In this document: positions 1 through 9,084 of the stretch, piece after piece
Numbering within the stretch: the stretch's first letter is position 1
How the letters are laid out: every line of letters starts with the position of its first letter
Assembly (NCBI GenBank): GCA_050293845.1
Contig: JBNKNM010000072.1
Location: 1-24,578, forward strand
Length of the DNA: 24,578 nucleotides
Reading direction: 5' to 3'
From: Pseudobacteriovorax sp.
GTDB taxonomy: Bacteria > Bdellovibrionota_B > Oligoflexia > Oligoflexales > Oligoflexaceae
The notes under the pieces: model-generated
Told to the model about the DNA's origin: nothing
The model's database searches: none
What the model saw: the letters and a program-made list of their open reading frames with translations, nothing else
Translations under genes and position numbers: made by a program

Positions 1-112
1 CCGCAGCCTCATATCTTTTCCTAGTATAAAGTGCTTTTGCTCTCTTATAGTCAGCAAAACTGACATCCGAGATCAGGCTACATAAAATCAATAGTATAAC
101 TTTATTTAACAT
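1..112 (-). CDS. Partial (runs off window) secreted protein, probably TPR-containing; possibly GltC-like component of the motor operon
   Basis: Not in the ORF track. ATG at 112 reads MLNKVILLILCSLISDVSFA-DYKRAKALYTRKRYEAA: a signal peptide ending in SFA, then a TPR-like helix. It starts 11 bp after the stop of the barrel gene. Confidence 0.65.
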   Translation of the reverse strand, partial: MLNKVILLILCSLISDVSFADYKRAKALYTRKRYEAA

Positions 113-123
113 TAGTATTCCAA

Positions 124-867
124 CTAGAAAAAGAAAGAAGTTCCAAAATGAAGAGTTAATGTATCATGGGATGCACTATCGTCAAATTTCCCTGATTCCC
201 CTACAGCAATAGGATTACACTCTGCATCTAAGGTATTATAGAAAAATCTATGAAACTTAAAATCAAGCTTATAAGCTTGCTTTTTAGAGACAAAGTACCT
301 TTGTCCTGCACCGAGCATAATCCCGGAATAGGTCTTTACAGTATTTGCCGGCAATGGCTCTGCCTCGGGATTATTTTCTAAATCTGGAGGATCACAAAAA
401 TCTGTGTATTGCCAATTAATGCCAGTATTTCCAACTCCTCCTTGTAAATAGGTATCAAAGTATATCAATCGACCGGAAGCAAGCTGCCACTTGCCGTATA
501 TTGGTGTCCATTGTAATGCAACTTCCATATTAAATTGAGTTCTAAAAATTTGGGTTTTAATTTCAAATTCATCAAAAAGAATTCTTTTATCCTCTTTATT
601 TACACTTGAACCATAACTAAAGGAACTTTCGATAGCTAACGATTCACTAAAATGGAATGCTGCCAAACCTGTTGCCATAAGAGTATAAATAAAGGTTTCA
701 TTCATCACTGTTGTTATTTCAGCACCAAGTTCAAATCGACCTGCTTTATTAAAATATCTAGGTCTTACAACTCGAATTTCCACATCATCAAAATTTTCCT
801 GCGTAAAAGCATATGGTGATGGCAAAATAGTTGCAAAAACCACTGTAATTATTGTAAAACGTTTCAT
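124..867 (-). CDS. Outer-membrane beta-barrel domain protein (myxobacterial/Bdellovibrio GltA/GltB-like family)
   Basis: Signal peptide, VVRPRYFNKAGRFEL N-terminal motif, WTPIYGK...IYFDTYLQGGVG motif and C-terminal aromatic strand (LHFGTSFFF). Co-oriented with ExbB/ExbD genes. Confidence 0.85.
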   Translation of the reverse strand: MKRFTIITVVFATILPSPYAFTQENFDDVEIRVVRPRYFNKAGRFELGAEITTVMNETFIYTLMATGLAAFHFSESLAIESSFSYGSSVNKEDKRILFDEFEIKTQIFRTQFNMEVALQWTPIYGKWQLASGRLIYFDTYLQGGVGNTGINWQYTDFCDPPDLENNPEAEPLPANTVKTYSGIMLGAGQRYFVSKKQAYKLDFKFHRFFYNTLDAECNPIAVGESGKFDDSASHDTLTLHFGTSFFF

Positions 868-885
868 TTAAAACAACCTACGTAT

Positions 886-1386
886 CTATATGTTTTCCTT
901 AGCAACCAGTAACTTATACTTTATAAATTCAGCCTGAGATCCAGATAACATAATACGTCGCAGCAGTTCAAAATCATGTTTACGATCCATTTCAATAGTC
1001 AGTGTACCAGGATCGCTTCTCTTTTTTTCAGTACGAGATACTTCTTGGGCGACTTTTTTGTTTTGAATAGCCAACTTCTGCAATTCCTTAAATACGGGGA
1101 ATACAGCCCCCTGCTGTAGCTGATTGGGGGGCACTTTCCCGTTTTGTAGGCTGACAATTTTATTGTCATTAACGTATATTTCATCTCGATTGACAACAAC
1201 ACTGGGCACTTCATCCATACTAACTAAAGTCACTGAATCAGGTAGTTCCAAATTGCCATCGATATCATAATTAACAGGGTCTGTAGAATAACTCATGAGT
1301 AGAAATGTTAATAAGATACTAAAAATATCAAGCATAGGCATGATATTTAACGAGAGGGATTCCCCACCTTCACCAACCGAGGCCAT
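886..1386 (-). CDS. ExbD/TolR-family protein (AglS-like)
   Basis: TM motif LNIMPMLDIFSILLTFLLMSY with the conserved Asp, followed by LELPDS and a periplasmic ExbD domain (LTIEMDRKHDFELLRRIM). Confidence 0.9.
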   Translation of the reverse strand: MASVGEGGESLSLNIMPMLDIFSILLTFLLMSYSTDPVNYDIDGNLELPDSVTLVSMDEVPSVVVNRDEIYVNDNKIVSLQNGKVPPNQLQQGAVFPVFKELQKLAIQNKKVAQEVSRTEKKRSDPGTLTIEMDRKHDFELLRRIMLSGSQAEFIKYKLLVAKENI

Positions 1387-1398
1387 ATGATCTCCTTG

Positions 1399-1953
1399 CT
1401 AGAGAATGACACTTCCAATCACCACTTTGTCGTATAACATTCTTCCAGATCTTGTAGCTGGTTTATTTTTATCTTTTGGAGGTGGAAGCTGTAAATCAGG
1501 TTCACTTTCCTTCATCGTTTTAATTGCATCAAGGACGAGAATTACTTTTTCATACTTAACATTATCATCAGAATACAAAGTCACTTTATCAGAATCAGGA
1601 TCCTTTGTACGCATAGCAATTAAATCTTGATGGAAGCGGTCAATATCTGCTTCATCAACATTATAAGTCTTTACAACCTTATTTTCAGGAGGCTCAGAAT
1701 AAATTGTTGTTAGTACGATTTTAGATTCGTCAAGATCAACACGAATATTCAGAGTACGCGTGGGTGCACTATCACTAACTTCGGGTGAGTTTGAAAGGAA
1801 AGGAACTTGAACTTCCAGAATTCCAAGCCCAATAAACGAAGCCGAAACTAATAAAAATGTATTCAACATCGAAAAGATATCAATAAACGGCATTACGTTA
1901 AGTTCAGGCGCCGCTGCTACTTTCCGATTAAACTTATTTCTTTTTCCAGCCAC
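1399..1953 (-). CDS. ExbD/TolR-family protein (AglQ-like)
   Basis: TM motif ELNVMPFIDIFSMLNTFLL with the conserved Asp; VTLYSDDNVKYEKVILVLD periplasmic motif. GTG start. Confidence 0.9.
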   Translation of the reverse strand: MAGKRNKFNRKVAAAPELNVMPFIDIFSMLNTFLLVSASFIGLGILEVQVPFLSNSPEVSDSAPTRTLNIRVDLDESKIVLTTIYSEPPENKVVKTYNVDEADIDRFHQDLIAMRTKDPDSDKVTLYSDDNVKYEKVILVLDAIKTMKESEPDLQLPPPKDKNKPATRSGRMLYDKVVIGSVIL

Positions 1954-2004
1954 AGACTATCCTAGCATATTTATTAATTCTAGATCTTAAAGCTCATCGT
2001 AACC

Positions 2005-2655
2005 CTAAGCTCGACTCTTTAATTTCATTTTCCTGGTATAAAGCAGATCAATTAATTTTGCTGAATTCTTCTGAATATCTTCATTAATAGAGGTTTGCTT
2101 TGCCGTTAACACCCCATAGGTGAATAGGCAAAACAAGGCCACACTTAATCCAAAAGATGTCGCGTTGAGTGCTTCTGCAATACCTTCCGCAAGCAGCACT
2201 TGCTTTTGTGCACCAGTTGCTTTTGCTACCGCAGAGAAAGATCTCATAAGTCCAAAAATGGTACCAAGCAAACCTAAGAGGGTAGCGACGTTCGCTGTAG
2301 TTGCTAAAAAAGACACCCATTTGTTAATTTTTGGCATCGCAGACAAAATTGCATGATCAACAGCATTTTGAATTTCTTGAGAGGAATCATTTGAGCGCTT
2401 CAACCCTTCAGCAAGAACATAGGCTAGGAGCCGTGGCCTAGTTTTTTTACAAAGACGAATAGCATTTTCAATAGAGTTATTCATCACCATTTTCTGAATC
2501 ATTGCCATAAAGCCTTCACTATTCGGAAGATCGTAGACAACCCAGAGTCGATAGGCACGTTCTAATACAAGAGCGGCCGATAGAATAAGTACTGCAAGTA
2601 TCGAAAACATAACCGGATAGCCGCCATGTTCGAAGTAGGTGTGTATTGCTTCCAT
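2005..2655 (-). CDS. MotA/TolQ/ExbB proton channel protein (AglR-like)
   Basis: Three TM segments with ANVATLLGLLGTIFGLMRSF and LAEGIAEALNATSFGLSVA signature motifs. Confidence 0.93.
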   Translation of the reverse strand: MEAIHTYFEHGGYPVMFSILAVLILSAALVLERAYRLWVVYDLPNSEGFMAMIQKMVMNNSIENAIRLCKKTRPRLLAYVLAEGLKRSNDSSQEIQNAVDHAILSAMPKINKWVSFLATTANVATLLGLLGTIFGLMRSFSAVAKATGAQKQVLLAEGIAEALNATSFGLSVALFCLFTYGVLTAKQTSINEDIQKNSAKLIDLLYTRKMKLKSRA

Positions 2656-2849
2656 GAGGGATCAATCCTCCAAAAAATAGTCTTGACTAATGATTTACGG
2701 TAAGGGCTATTACTGAAATTGTACGTAGCCTCGAACTTAGCTGTCAACTAAGAGTCAGTTACTAGATTATCATATCTCTCTCGTGTAGAATAAAAATAAG
2801 TATTTATTGCCTAGAATTTGAAATACCTGTAACTTTTCGGAGATGTTTC

Positions 2850-3815
2850 GTGAGAGACTGCATTCTCTATGTTGATTGCAATGGGTATAAGCCATTACCT
2901 CCTGGAGAAACACTGAGAATTATCGGTGCTAATTATGATGTAGAAAGTGTCACCGATTTGATTTCAGCAGCTCATGTGATTGAAAATCGTGATAAAATTA
3001 AAATTCTTGTGACGAATATTCCAAACTTTAAATTGCTGCATTCTTTTCGCAGTAAACACCCATTAGGCTACATAGCATTAGTCACTGCCATGCCTATGAA
3101 AGAATACTCTGCCGAACTTAAGGGTGCAGAAGATGAGCTATTGGATCATATTATTTCAAATCGCTCTCTCCATGGCTGGACTACCCATGACCTTAGAATC
3201 ACGATTTCAAAAATACTTTCAGGGGATATTTTTGGAATTGAAAAGTATCTGGCTCCCCTTTGTAAAATCCACAATGAGCTTGTTACTTCCTCACAGAACA
3301 GAGATTATCTCAATAATAAGGTGATGGAATTCGCTCAAGCTTGTCATCTGGGGCAACATACATCGCGAATGGCCTTCGGAATCACTGAAGAACTTCTGAT
3401 GAATACCATTTATGATGCACCCGCAGCAGGGGGCATCGAACGTTTCCAGAATATAGATCAAACTACAGCCGTAAAACTCAAACCTGAGGAGTATGGTAGC
3501 CTCTCATTTGGCTGTGATGGCAGGGTGTTAGCCATATCTTGCGCCGACCCATTTGGTGCACTTAAGAAAAGTAAGGTTTTCAAATATTTAAAAAAAGTAC
3601 TAAAAAGGTCATCAACAGAAGGGCTTATCGATGACAAGAAGGGGGGTGCGGGACTTGGGCTTTTCAAGATTCTATATTCATCCCACGGCATTGTTTGTAA
3701 TGTAAAAGCTGGCTCAAAAACAGAAATTATGGCGCTGATAGATGTTAATAACCAGCTCAGAGATTTTTCTGCTATGGCTCGATCGATTCATTACTTTGAG
3801 AAAAAACTCCTATAA
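2850..3815 (+). CDS. Degenerate receiver-like domain fused to a GHKL/HATPase (RsbW-like) domain; conserved hypothetical signalling protein
   Basis: N-terminal alpha/beta pattern (ILYVD...IKILVTN...IALVT). C-terminal N-box EELLMNTIYDA, G1 ISCADPFG and G2 GGAGLGLFKI. No H-box visible. Confidence 0.6.
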   Translation: MRDCILYVDCNGYKPLPPGETLRIIGANYDVESVTDLISAAHVIENRDKIKILVTNIPNFKLLHSFRSKHPLGYIALVTAMPMKEYSAELKGAEDELLDHIISNRSLHGWTTHDLRITISKILSGDIFGIEKYLAPLCKIHNELVTSSQNRDYLNNKVMEFAQACHLGQHTSRMAFGITEELLMNTIYDAPAAGGIERFQNIDQTTAVKLKPEEYGSLSFGCDGRVLAISCADPFGALKKSKVFKYLKKVLKRSSTEGLIDDKKGGAGLGLFKILYSSHGIVCNVKAGSKTEIMALIDVNNQLRDFSAMARSIHYFEKKLL

Positions 3816-3986
3816 TAAGCCATTCTTGTCCTTGTCTTGTGTTCATTAAATTCTATTCACATAATGGGATGTATTTGCTATGCTCAGCCGTTACTGCAAC
3901 GAGATAACCCTCAAGAATTAAACCTATCTTAGTCAGCAGGAATGCTTAGAATATAGTTACCGATGCCTGAAAAGGAAGGAGTTAGG

Positions 3987-5210
3987 ATGTCAAAAATTAC
4001 CGTAAAAAACCCTATTGTAGAGCTTGATGGCGATGAGATGACGCGGATAATTTGGCAAAAAATTAAAGATAAGCTCATAACGCCTTATCTAGAGCTTGAC
4101 ATTAAGTACTTTGACCTAGGAATTGAAAGTCGTGACAGTACTGAAGATCAAATAACCTTAGATGCAGCGAAGGCCATCCAGGAGTACGATGTTGGTATTA
4201 AGTGTGCGACTATCACACCAGATGAAGCACGCGTCGAAGAGTTCAATCTTAAAAAAATGTGGAAAAGTCCCAATGGGACTATACGAAATTACCTAGGGGG
4301 AACAGTTTTTAGGGAACCTATCATCTGCAAAAACATTCCCAAGCTTGTCATCAATTGGACGAAACCTATTGTTGTAGGACGTCATGCTCATGCTGATCAA
4401 TATAAGTCCACCGATATCAAAGTACCTGGACCTGGTACTTTGAAGATGGTTTTTGAGGGTACTGATGGCTCCAACCAATCATGGGACATCCATAAATTTG
4501 ATTCTTCTGGAATCGGTCTTGGCATGTACAACACGGATGAGTCCATTACCGGCTTTGCAAGATCCTGTTTTAATTACGGTCTGATAAAGAATTTTCCGGT
4601 TTATCTATCGACCAAGAATACCATCTTAAAAATATACGATGGACGCTTTAAGGATATTTTCCAAGAAGTTTTTGACAAGGAATTTAAAAATAAATTTGCA
4701 GAAAAAGGCCTCACCTACGAGCACCGTTTGATCGATGACCTGGTAGCCCAAGTGCTTAAATGGGAAGGTGGAATCGTATGGGCCTGCAAAAATTATGATG
4801 GTGATGTTCAATCTGACACGGTAGCCCAAGGGTTCGGCAGTTTAGGTCTCATGACCTCTGTATTGATGTGCCCCAATGGGAGGACTATAGAAACCGAAGC
4901 AGCCCATGGAACTGTGACACGACACTACCGCCAGCATCAAGCCGGCAAGCCGACCAGCACTAACCCCGTTGCCAGTATTTTTGCCTGGACCCAAGGATTG
5001 GCCCATAGGGGCAAACTAGATGCCAATGACCAGCTGGTGAATTGGGCTCAAACGCTTGAGAAAACATGTGTAGAAACTATTGAGGCCGGTCAAATGACAA
5101 AGGACCTTGCTATTTGTATCCATGGTAGCAAAGCTAGCGAGGATAGCTATTTAACTACAGACAGCTTTCTCGATGCTCTATCGCAGAACTTTGCGAATAA
5201 GCTTTCTTAA
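3987..5210 (+). CDS. icd: NADP-dependent isocitrate dehydrogenase (homodimeric, eukaryote-like subfamily)
   Basis: [47 protein letters not shown] and [12 protein letters not shown] motifs. Start moved to the ATG at 3987, which follows an AAGGAG RBS. Confidence 0.97.
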   Translation: MSKITVKNPIVELDGDEMTRIIWQKIKDKLITPYLELDIKYFDLGIESRDSTEDQITLDAAKAIQEYDVGIKCATITPDEARVEEFNLKKMWKSPNGTIRNYLGGTVFREPIICKNIPKLVINWTKPIVVGRHAHADQYKSTDIKVPGPGTLKMVFEGTDGSNQSWDIHKFDSSGIGLGMYNTDESITGFARSCFNYGLIKNFPVYLSTKNTILKIYDGRFKDIFQEVFDKEFKNKFAEKGLTYEHRLIDDLVAQVLKWEGGIVWACKNYDGDVQSDTVAQGFGSLGLMTSVLMCPNGRTIETEAAHGTVTRHYRQHQAGKPTSTNPVASIFAWTQGLAHRGKLDANDQLVNWAQTLEKTCVETIEAGQMTKDLAICIHGSKASEDSYLTTDSFLDALSQNFANKLS

Positions 5211-5213
5211 CCA

Positions 5214-6323
5214 CTAGCAACTCTTTCTTCGCTCTCGGTAACCGGGAGTGAAGTTGATACTTTTACGCAATTTATCCACTAATTTCACAACTTTACCCAT
5301 AGACATTTCTATATCTTGCTCCAAATTGTTGCGTTTATCTTCGCTTATATTTTGATAAGCTAGCTTTTTGCAGCCAACATAAGCTCTGAAATTATGTATG
5401 CTCATTTCTTCAAGTATTGTTTGTGTAAAATAGAGACGAGCTGCTTGGCGTACAGCCAACCTTAAAACATTCACAGAAACTGGCTTATCGAGAAAATAAC
5501 AAGCATCAAATTTCAGCATATACTTGGCCAAATCGTCTATTTTTGCGTGACCCGATATCAATATGAAGGGTGTGTTAATATTTCTCGATCTTGTAGCTTC
5601 CAACATTTCGATTCCATTCAATTCAGGCATTAAAAAGTCTGCCAGGATCAAATCGATTCTCTGTGAGGATAAGATTTCCAAACCCTCTCGTCCATTCTTG
5701 GCACGTATAACTTCAAACCCCTCCTTATTGAGGACCCGTTCAATCATCGCCGAAAAATTACCATCATCATCACAAAACAAAACTATAGGGGTTTCTACAG
5801 TTCCCCTAAAAAGTAGATTCTGCTGATCACTGGTATCCTCGACTGCTTCACTTTGCTGTGCAATGGTTGTTTCTGAAATACCAGCTGGAGTTACCTGCCC
5901 ATGATTATCATCTGCTGAGAATTGTAGTTTTTCCATAAAGCTTACAACCAATAATGGAATATCGTCGTCAGAATGACTTTCTTCATGGTTTTTAATTTCT
6001 TTGATAGCATCACTTAATTTATCGATACAGTTATAGAAGCATTCCATTAACTTATCTGATGGTGAAACTTTGCCCTCGACCACCAGCTTAAGAAGGTCCT
6101 CAAATCTATGGAGATTATTTGAAAATTTATTGAGGTTGCAAACTCCAGAAGATCCTTTTATAGAGTGAACTCTACGAAATATATCACGAATGATATCTTC
6201 CCCTTGTGACTCTTGCCAAAGGCTAAGTTCCCCTTCAATTTCATCAAGGTGCTCTTGGGCTTCGCTGAGGAAGGTCTTGCGTAGATCCTCTTGAAAAAGT
6301 CTAAACTCGTCATCAATCGACAT
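5214..6323 (-). CDS. Hpt (CheA P1-like) domain plus response-regulator receiver fusion
   Basis: FLSEAQEHLDEIE...IFRRVHSIKGSSG...HRFEDLL (Hpt His). Receiver motifs LFCDDD, DLILADFLMPELNG, ILISG and LDKP. GGAGG RBS upstream. Confidence 0.88.
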   Translation of the reverse strand: MSIDDEFRLFQEDLRKTFLSEAQEHLDEIEGELSLWQESQGEDIIRDIFRRVHSIKGSSGVCNLNKFSNNLHRFEDLLKLVVEGKVSPSDKLMECFYNCIDKLSDAIKEIKNHEESHSDDDIPLLVVSFMEKLQFSADDNHGQVTPAGISETTIAQQSEAVEDTSDQQNLLFRGTVETPIVLFCDDDGNFSAMIERVLNKEGFEVIRAKNGREGLEILSSQRIDLILADFLMPELNGIEMLEATRSRNINTPFILISGHAKIDDLAKYMLKFDACYFLDKPVSVNVLRLAVRQAARLYFTQTILEEMSIHNFRAYVGCKKLAYQNISEDKRNNLEQDIEMSMGKVVKLVDKLRKSINFTPGYRERRKSC

Positions 6324-6359
6324 TATTGACCTCCAAACCCGCTGATGTATCAGTTCCCC

Positions 6360-6387
6360 TTATCGCAACATATTTCAAAAGTATTAG
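6360..6387 (-). promoter_or_regulatory. Sigma28-like promoter of the Hpt-receiver gene
   Basis: CTAA-N16-TGCGATAA, 36 bp before the ATG. Confidence 0.5.
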
Positions 6388-6564
6388 CATACTCAGTGTC
6401 GTATTCTATATAGCCTAAAAATAAGGAGACTTAACCAGGGGTTAAGGCAAAAATCACCGATAATTTTTGGAAATAGCAAAAATAGGAAATTTAACAGCTT
6501 AGAAAAATTAAAGAGGGATGATACAGCTACCATTGACCCATGTCTCCCCCCATAGTTAGATAAC

Positions 6565-7515
6565 TTATTCGGCAGCAGCAGCTTCCGCGATATCTCTTAG
6601 CGAAGTACAGAATGCGCTAATTGCTGATGAAGCGCCGTCAGTTGGGCATGTAGTTGGATTGACGTTCTCTAAGGTTGGCTCGAGAACTAAAGGGGTTCCA
6701 GTACCTTCAAAACCTTTTCTTTCAGGATTATCTCCCGCAACGAGAGCTAACGAGGATAAGCCTGCTGCGCCACTGACATTAGCTACTTTCGAAGAGTTTA
6801 CGCGTAAGCTACTGAGGGAAGTCAAGCCACTAACATCGTTTAAATCAGTAATTTCTGCAAAGGAAACATCCAATGTTTCCAGTTTGTTAAGCCCCGATAT
6901 AGCCTGTAGGCTATTCAGCTTAAAAAGAAGTGATGCCAGCAAGGTTTTCAGGCTTGTGATTTCCGCAACGGAATCTAAAGTTTCCAGATCCGTATCGCTA
7001 ACATTGAGTGACTCTAACCGGGTTAAAACCTTTAGAGCCGAAACATCAGCAATGGGATTGCTGGACAGGTCAATGTTTTTTAACCCTGTCATTGTAGTCA
7101 GGTCAGAAACATCAGAAACTAAGTTTCCTCTTAGAATCAGGGTTTGGATTCCGGTAAAGCCTCTTAAGGGCCTTAAATCAGTTAATTGAAGCCTAGAAAG
7201 GTCTAGGGGATCAGTACGGGAAATTTTACCCTGGACGATTCCGCAAAGTTCTTCTCCGGCAATCTGCTTTAAGGCAGCGATAGTCTTTTGTAAATCAGGA
7301 TCGTCAGAGGCGTCATCACAATAGTCAATGAAAGTCTTTTTGTCCTCATCCCTTCCCCCTGTGTCATCTATAGGTGGGATGTCCTCTTGGTCTTGTTCGC
7401 CATCGGCTTCGGATGCTCCTGAATCACCTTCCTCAAAATCCGACTTTTTTTCACAGCTAAGTACAAAGAGAAAAACCAAGAAAAAAACCGAAAAGATATT
7501 AAAGCGAATGGCCAT
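6565..7515 (-). CDS. Leucine-rich-repeat (internalin-like) lipoprotein
   Basis: Lipobox VLSC, acidic linker, Cys-containing cap, about seven 22-aa LRRs (LxxLxLxxNxIxDxxxL) and C-terminal Cys pair. Confidence 0.88.
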   Translation of the reverse strand: MAIRFNIFSVFFLVFLFVLSCEKKSDFEEGDSGASEADGEQDQEDIPPIDDTGGRDEDKKTFIDYCDDASDDPDLQKTIAALKQIAGEELCGIVQGKISRTDPLDLSRLQLTDLRPLRGFTGIQTLILRGNLVSDVSDLTTMTGLKNIDLSSNPIADVSALKVLTRLESLNVSDTDLETLDSVAEITSLKTLLASLLFKLNSLQAISGLNKLETLDVSFAEITDLNDVSGLTSLSSLRVNSSKVANVSGAAGLSSLALVAGDNPERKGFEGTGTPLVLEPTLENVNPTTCPTDGASSAISAFCTSLRDIAEAAAAE

Positions 7516-7549
7516 GGATCACCCCATTTGTTAAATGCTGACGCTTGTG

Positions 7550-7577
7550 TAATCGGAATTTCTGGGTCCTAAATTGA
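7550..7577 (-). promoter_or_regulatory. Sigma28-like promoter of the LRR lipoprotein gene
   Basis: TCAA-N16-TCCGATTA, 34 bp before the ATG. Confidence 0.55.
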
Positions 7578-8196
7578 GAAGAAACTATCTTTCATGTCCA
7601 AAAAAGTGACAAATCAAAAAAATTAGCTACTTAGTAGCTTCCCTACCCATTCAAAGATTTCGTAATTACTTATCGCTTTCGAACCAATGGACACTACTAA
7701 ATCAAGGACCAGAGTTACTTCCCCTTAACAAGGATCATTTTTCCACATCACAGAGGCAAGGTCATGTTTATAGGCGAGGTTGGATGCGGTAAAAAAAGTA
7801 ATGATCTTACCGCAACGAGTATATCGGGCTAAATATCTGAAGGTCATAAGCAGAATGCAAGTTGGGGGGCAGATGCATACAGGTGTGTAAGGTGTTAGAT
7901 ACATTACTTCACCAGTGATAACCAAGATTTCCAGTCACAACGCGCAACTTGGGTGACTTTTTTCTGCTAGATTCATGGATGTACGATTGGTAGCTGGCTA
8001 TGCTCCAGGTGCGGGGAATGATGAAATCAAGATTGATATTTTGAATTCTGCTTAAAATTGACATAGCTAGAGACCTCACTACACCCCATAAGGGTTTTGT
8101 TAACAAAGCCTCTAGATATTTTTATTTATCGCTATTCCAATAGAATTCATGAGTCAAACCTAATTTACTCAATAAAGGCAGTGAGTTCAGTATGAA

Positions 8197-8511
8197 CTAA
8201 TTCGTTTCGGCAGCAGAAAGTCCCGACTTATCAGTTCCCGCAGCCCTGATCTCTTCGGTATTGAGGTCCTGAGGAAGGTTATAGTAAGCTCCTAGAAACC
8301 CTATAAAAGTGCTAAGAATTTCTGACTTGCTCCGCACGCCAACTTTGGTATTGATATTTTTTACATGAATTCTAACGGTATTTTGGCTAATGCCTAGATG
8401 TCTTGATATCTGCTCTGCATTTACCACGCGGCTTACCAAGAGTATTAGAACATCTTGCTCACGTTTTGACAGGTGGTATTTCCGACTAAATTCTGCAATG
8501 GGAGCTTTCAA
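8197..8511 (-). CDS. Stand-alone LuxR/GerE-type HTH transcriptional regulator
   Basis: LSKREQDVLILL...ISRHLGISQNTVRIHVKNINTKVGVRSKSEI. TTG start with GAGG upstream; an in-frame stop 9 codons upstream excludes an N-terminal sensor domain. Confidence 0.88.
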   Translation of the reverse strand: MKAPIAEFSRKYHLSKREQDVLILLVSRVVNAEQISRHLGISQNTVRIHVKNINTKVGVRSKSEILSTFIGFLGAYYNLPQDLNTEEIRAAGTDKSGLSAAETN

Positions 8512-9084
8512 TGAACACGTCCTCGCTTTTACAATTCATATCTTTATTAATGGCGCTACACAATCCTTACGTTTAAGTAATTTTATGAGCCCATCCGTGG
8601 GTGTATCACAAGAAACAAGAAAGTTTCAATCTTTTCTGTATTTTATAGTAAAAAAGAATTATCAGATCAAAGTCTCCAAAGCTAAATCTAGCAAAAAAAC
8701 TAGCTAAATTACACTAATCAATGCAATCATATTAGGTAATTGATGCCCACATCCTGGCTTAATTCTTACTAGGAAGTAAGGATTCTTCGCTAAGACCATT
8801 ATTACATGAATCACCTAAATTGTATTAAAAATAGTGACTATAATAGAAATATCTTAGTCGTCAAGACCTAGTCATTTGTGCTATAAGACTAATTTAACTC
8901 AGTATTTAAAGTACTTTATGCATAGTAAAAAAATATTTATCTTTTATGACTAAGCTAAATTTACCTAATATATATATATTCTCGGCTGTTTCATAACAAG
9001 CTATAAAATCGCGCCTTAATTTTTTGCTACGTTTTTTTTTGCTTCTACCGATTAAAGAACAAACGCTATAGGGGATGTTAGGGG

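Noticed and set aside
3939..3966. Sigma28-like promoter for icd (ACCGATGC)
   Set aside because: The -10 box is plausible but there is no -35 match at the N16 spacing (GGAA), so it was not counted.
6659..7189. 176-aa antisense ORF and the other short overlapping ORFs in the track (for example 1406-1630, 5563-5826, 10215-10532, 13234-13599, 18521-18811)
   Set aside because: Shadow frames of well-supported genes, with no independent motifs.
7764..7832. Short reading MFIGEVGCGKKS resembling a Walker A motif
   Set aside because: Only 22 codons, imperfect motif and no other ATPase motifs; probably chance. The ORFs 7725-7925 and 7909-8106 also show no recognisable features.
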